Assembly: GCA_008369845.1 (NCBI GenBank)
Contig: MRSU01006943.1
Location: 1 to 33,011, forward strand
Source: Trichomonas gallinae
Lineage: Eukaryota
DNA: 33,011 bases
Direction: 5' to 3'
The stretch's first letter is position 1. Every line of letters starts with the position of its first letter. The translations under genes and the position numbers were made by a program. The notes under the pieces are model-generated. The model ran no database searches. It was given only the letters and a program-made list of their open reading frames with translations, and was not told the origin of the DNA. Positions 30,292 through 33,011 of this stretch are shown piece by piece.

Positions 30292-31101
30292 ATGTCTACA
30301 GAACCACACCCACAGACAACAAATGCAGACCCAACAATCCGCGCCCTTCAATTTGCTATTCAAACAACCCTCAATGCAAAGAAACTCGAACAGGAAAATG
30401 AAACGTTGAAACAAAAACTCGCCGAGAACGAAAAACTTCTTTCGGAGTTCGATGATGCCCGCATTCGCGCTAAATCTCTCAAAACACAGTTGAAAGAAAA
30501 AGAACAGAAATTAGAAAAGAAGAGGGAAGAACTCATCCAAATCCAAAACGCAATCATTGATACACTCCAGTCTCCAGCTGTTCAACAGCCAGACCCAACA
30601 GAAGCCCTCGCTCCAATCCCTATCGTAATGAATCGTATCCAAGAACTTATTATGAGCCTTACAGAACAAGCTGCTGACGAAAAGACAACACAGATCCCAG
30701 TTACTTCCATATTTAAGACTAGCGAGAAGTTAAATCAACTTTACGACGCATTAGTTGAACAAGATATTATCCACGAGACTCCAGAGGAACGTGACGAAAG
30801 AATTAGGAAGTATACTTCAGCACAACAAGAAATTATCACACATCTTCAAGAAATCGTAACTGCTGCCCATGAAGAATATGATGAGGAAGAACAACAGCCA
30901 GAGGAGGAGGAAGCTGCTGCTCCAGAAGATAAAGAGGCAGAGCCAAAGGTTGTCGAAGTCACAGAAGAAGAAGAACAGAAGAAGGAGGAGCCTGCTAAGG
31001 AAGAACCAGCTCCAACTCAAGAGCAGCCAGCCCCAGCACAAGAAGAGCCAAAGCCAGCTGATGCCGAGGCTAAGGAAGAGCAACCGGCACCAGGAAACTA
31101 A
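30292..31101 (+). CDS. Hypothetical coiled-coil protein with Glu/Pro/Ala-rich disordered C-terminus, 269 aa
   Basis: Long ORF with coding-like GC content, heptads (LEQENETLKQKLAENEKLL) and an EEP(A/K) low-complexity tail. Confidence 0.85.
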   Translation: MSTEPHPQTTNADPTIRALQFAIQTTLNAKKLEQENETLKQKLAENEKLLSEFDDARIRAKSLKTQLKEKEQKLEKKREELIQIQNAIIDTLQSPAVQQPDPTEALAPIPIVMNRIQELIMSLTEQAADEKTTQIPVTSIFKTSEKLNQLYDALVEQDIIHETPEERDERIRKYTSAQQEIITHLQEIVTAAHEEYDEEEQQPEEEEAAAPEDKEAEPKVVEVTEEEEQKKEEPAKEEPAPTQEQPAPAQEEPKPADAEAKEEQPAPGN

Positions 31102-31214
31102 TCATATCTATTATTTTCCTCTTTTTCTTAAAAATTTGATTTGAATTTTTTTGATAATTATAATTAGTATTTGAAATATTTAGTATTTACAAATATTTAT
31201 AAAAATATGTTTAT

Positions 31215-32690
31215 TCACGGCATAAAATGTCCAAGGGCGTCAATATATCTAAGACGGTATGCAAGGTTCTTTAAGTCGGCCGTAACTGGAGCTGATATTT
31301 CAAGATGATCGAAGGTGTTATCATATTTGAGGTTCTCAATTCCAAATTTAACTTTATCTGTTGGGATATCTTGTGATTTCTCATGGGATTTGTTAGCGCT
31401 ACAGCCAATTGTAAGCTTTTCGGGGATTGGAACTTGTTTCCTCTTGATATCTCTAGATTTACCAATGCTTTCTGGGTCAGTAATACCATTATATCTCATG
31501 CTGACTGTTAATTCACGAGATTTAAAGATACACTTGTTAAAATCAATGAGCGTAGTAATTTTCGAATCTTTTTTGGGGTTTTGAACTACAGTGAATACCG
31601 AATTGTCATCTCTTAAAGTATTAATTTCACTGAAAGTGTTTAATACGTTTGGCAGTTTTGGACTATTGCTAACATTAATGAACCCGAATTTCATTGGGTC
31701 TACCCAATCAACTAATCCGCCAAGAGTGGAAATAAATTTGACAGCATTAACTTCAGGAACATTATTCGCATTCATGCATTTGGCAATTGCAGTTATCCAT
31801 GAAAATGTATACCATCTGCTAACTTTAGTTTTATCGGATAACTCATTGCTAACAATTTGATTGAATTTATTAGCAACAGCTCTGCGACCATTCAAAACTT
31901 TTTTATATAAGGAACGGGACTTTGTAGAAGCAAGCCAGTCACATTTGTAATTGAGAATCCACTGGACAGAGTTTTCATTCGTCCAATCAATAATTTTATT
32001 ATCTGAGAGAGCTTCCTTTTCTTCAGCTGTGAGTGGATTTGATCGGGCGAATAACGTAAATCTGTCAAGAATCGTGGCCTTTTCTGCTCCTGAAAGTTTC
32101 GATTTTGAATGTAAATCAAGTTGCAGTAAAATCTGTGCAAAAATGCGGCCATCATTGCATGATTCGTATACTCTAATAAGATTTGCTTCATCGTTGACGT
32201 CTGTGGATCTGTAATAAAGATCGAAATAATGTGCAAGTTTTGCAGCAAGTACATCGGCGTACTTCTGTAAGCCATTATCAATCATTGTTGATGCGAATTT
32301 CATAACAATTGAGAAATTATCCTTGCAATTTGAATTTGCAATGTTAGCAATGTAATTTAAAATAATTGGGATATACCCAGCAGCTTCGTAATAAACTACT
32401 ATTTTCAATAATGGAATGGCATTGGCAATAGTTAACTTAATGCGCTGGTTGTATAAAATCTCAAGGAAATCATTTATTTTATTATCTGGATCTACTGGGA
32501 GAGTAAATTCTGTGATATCAGAATGATCTTTGAAGTATCTGGTGAAAAATCCACAATTCTTTGCAAGAACGAGGCGATGGACTTTGATACTCACGTCTTC
32601 AATTCCCTTTGTGGTTTTAAGAGTTAAATCGCCTGGCAAGGCATTGATGTTGTGTACGTGACGATGAGAGATGTTATAAGTTTTAGGCAT
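31215..32690 (-). CDS. BTB/POZ-domain protein, about 491 aa
   Basis: DLTL...IKVHRLVLAKNCGFF...FLEILY...LTIANAIPLLKIVVYY. First ATG is at 32690 (the track starts at a TTG); Inr TCATT at 32701-32705 directly upstream. Confidence 0.85.
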   Translation of the reverse strand: MPKTYNISHRHVHNINALPGDLTLKTTKGIEDVSIKVHRLVLAKNCGFFTRYFKDHSDITEFTLPVDPDNKINDFLEILYNQRIKLTIANAIPLLKIVVYYEAAGYIPIILNYIANIANSNCKDNFSIVMKFASTMIDNGLQKYADVLAAKLAHYFDLYYRSTDVNDEANLIRVYESCNDGRIFAQILLQLDLHSKSKLSGAEKATILDRFTLFARSNPLTAEEKEALSDNKIIDWTNENSVQWILNYKCDWLASTKSRSLYKKVLNGRRAVANKFNQIVSNELSDKTKVSRWYTFSWITAIAKCMNANNVPEVNAVKFISTLGGLVDWVDPMKFGFINVSNSPKLPNVLNTFSEINTLRDDNSVFTVVQNPKKDSKITTLIDFNKCIFKSRELTVSMRYNGITDPESIGKSRDIKRKQVPIPEKLTIGCSANKSHEKSQDIPTDKVKFGIENLKYDNTFDHLEISAPVTADLKNLAYRLRYIDALGHFMP

Positions 32691-33011
32691 GGTATATATA
32701 AATGACAAATTTTATTTTACCCTTTGCTGGCATAATTTTTTACCCCTTCTAAAGAAAGAAAAAATATCATTTCATTTTGATTCTTAAATATATAATAATA
32801 CTATATTTTTTTTTAAAAAAAAAAAAGGTGGGGGGGGGGGAACTCTTTTTTCTGAGAATACTTGAGGTCAATACTTTAGATATAGCTTCTATAGGCCTAC
32901 AGGAATAAGATATCTTAGGCGAGCATCGCATTACAATTTTATAATTTCGAGAAATGATGCATGAAATTTCTAAGATTTTTAAGAACCTTATTTTAACGTA
33001 TACTTTCGCGC

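Noticed and set aside
4871..32281. Many short nested or antisense ORFs inside the long CDSs
   Set aside because: Shadow frames of real genes with no independent coding signal.

Overview
AT-rich eukaryotic DNA with intronless genes. The gene families (Bap-like Ig-repeat surface proteins, Gly-rich protein, DUF3447-type ankyrin, Myb, BTB) and Inr-type TCAYW/GTCACTTT motifs point to a trichomonad such as Trichomonas vaginalis (inferred, not searched). In order: two tandem paralogous Bap-like secreted proteins (the first cut by the window edge); a Gly-rich pseudogene with three in-frame TGA stops; a type I membrane protein; an XMAP215/ch-TOG microtubule polymerase; a Ras-family GTPase with a non-canonical G4 box (NMCD); a divergent LC8 dynein light chain; an ankyrin protein; a BRE1-like coiled-coil RING protein; a three-repeat Myb; a prominin/tweety-topology 5-TM protein with a His-rich tail; a coiled-coil protein; and a BTB protein. 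No rRNA, tRNA, CRISPR or intact transposase is visible. The strongest unexplained signal is non-coding: TTACATGTCA occurs 9 times exactly, only in upstream or divergent intergenic DNA. Other leads are inverted E2F-like and Myb-like site pairs and a structured GC-richer island at 2.6-3.0 kb. I did not find a clear multi-gene novel system.
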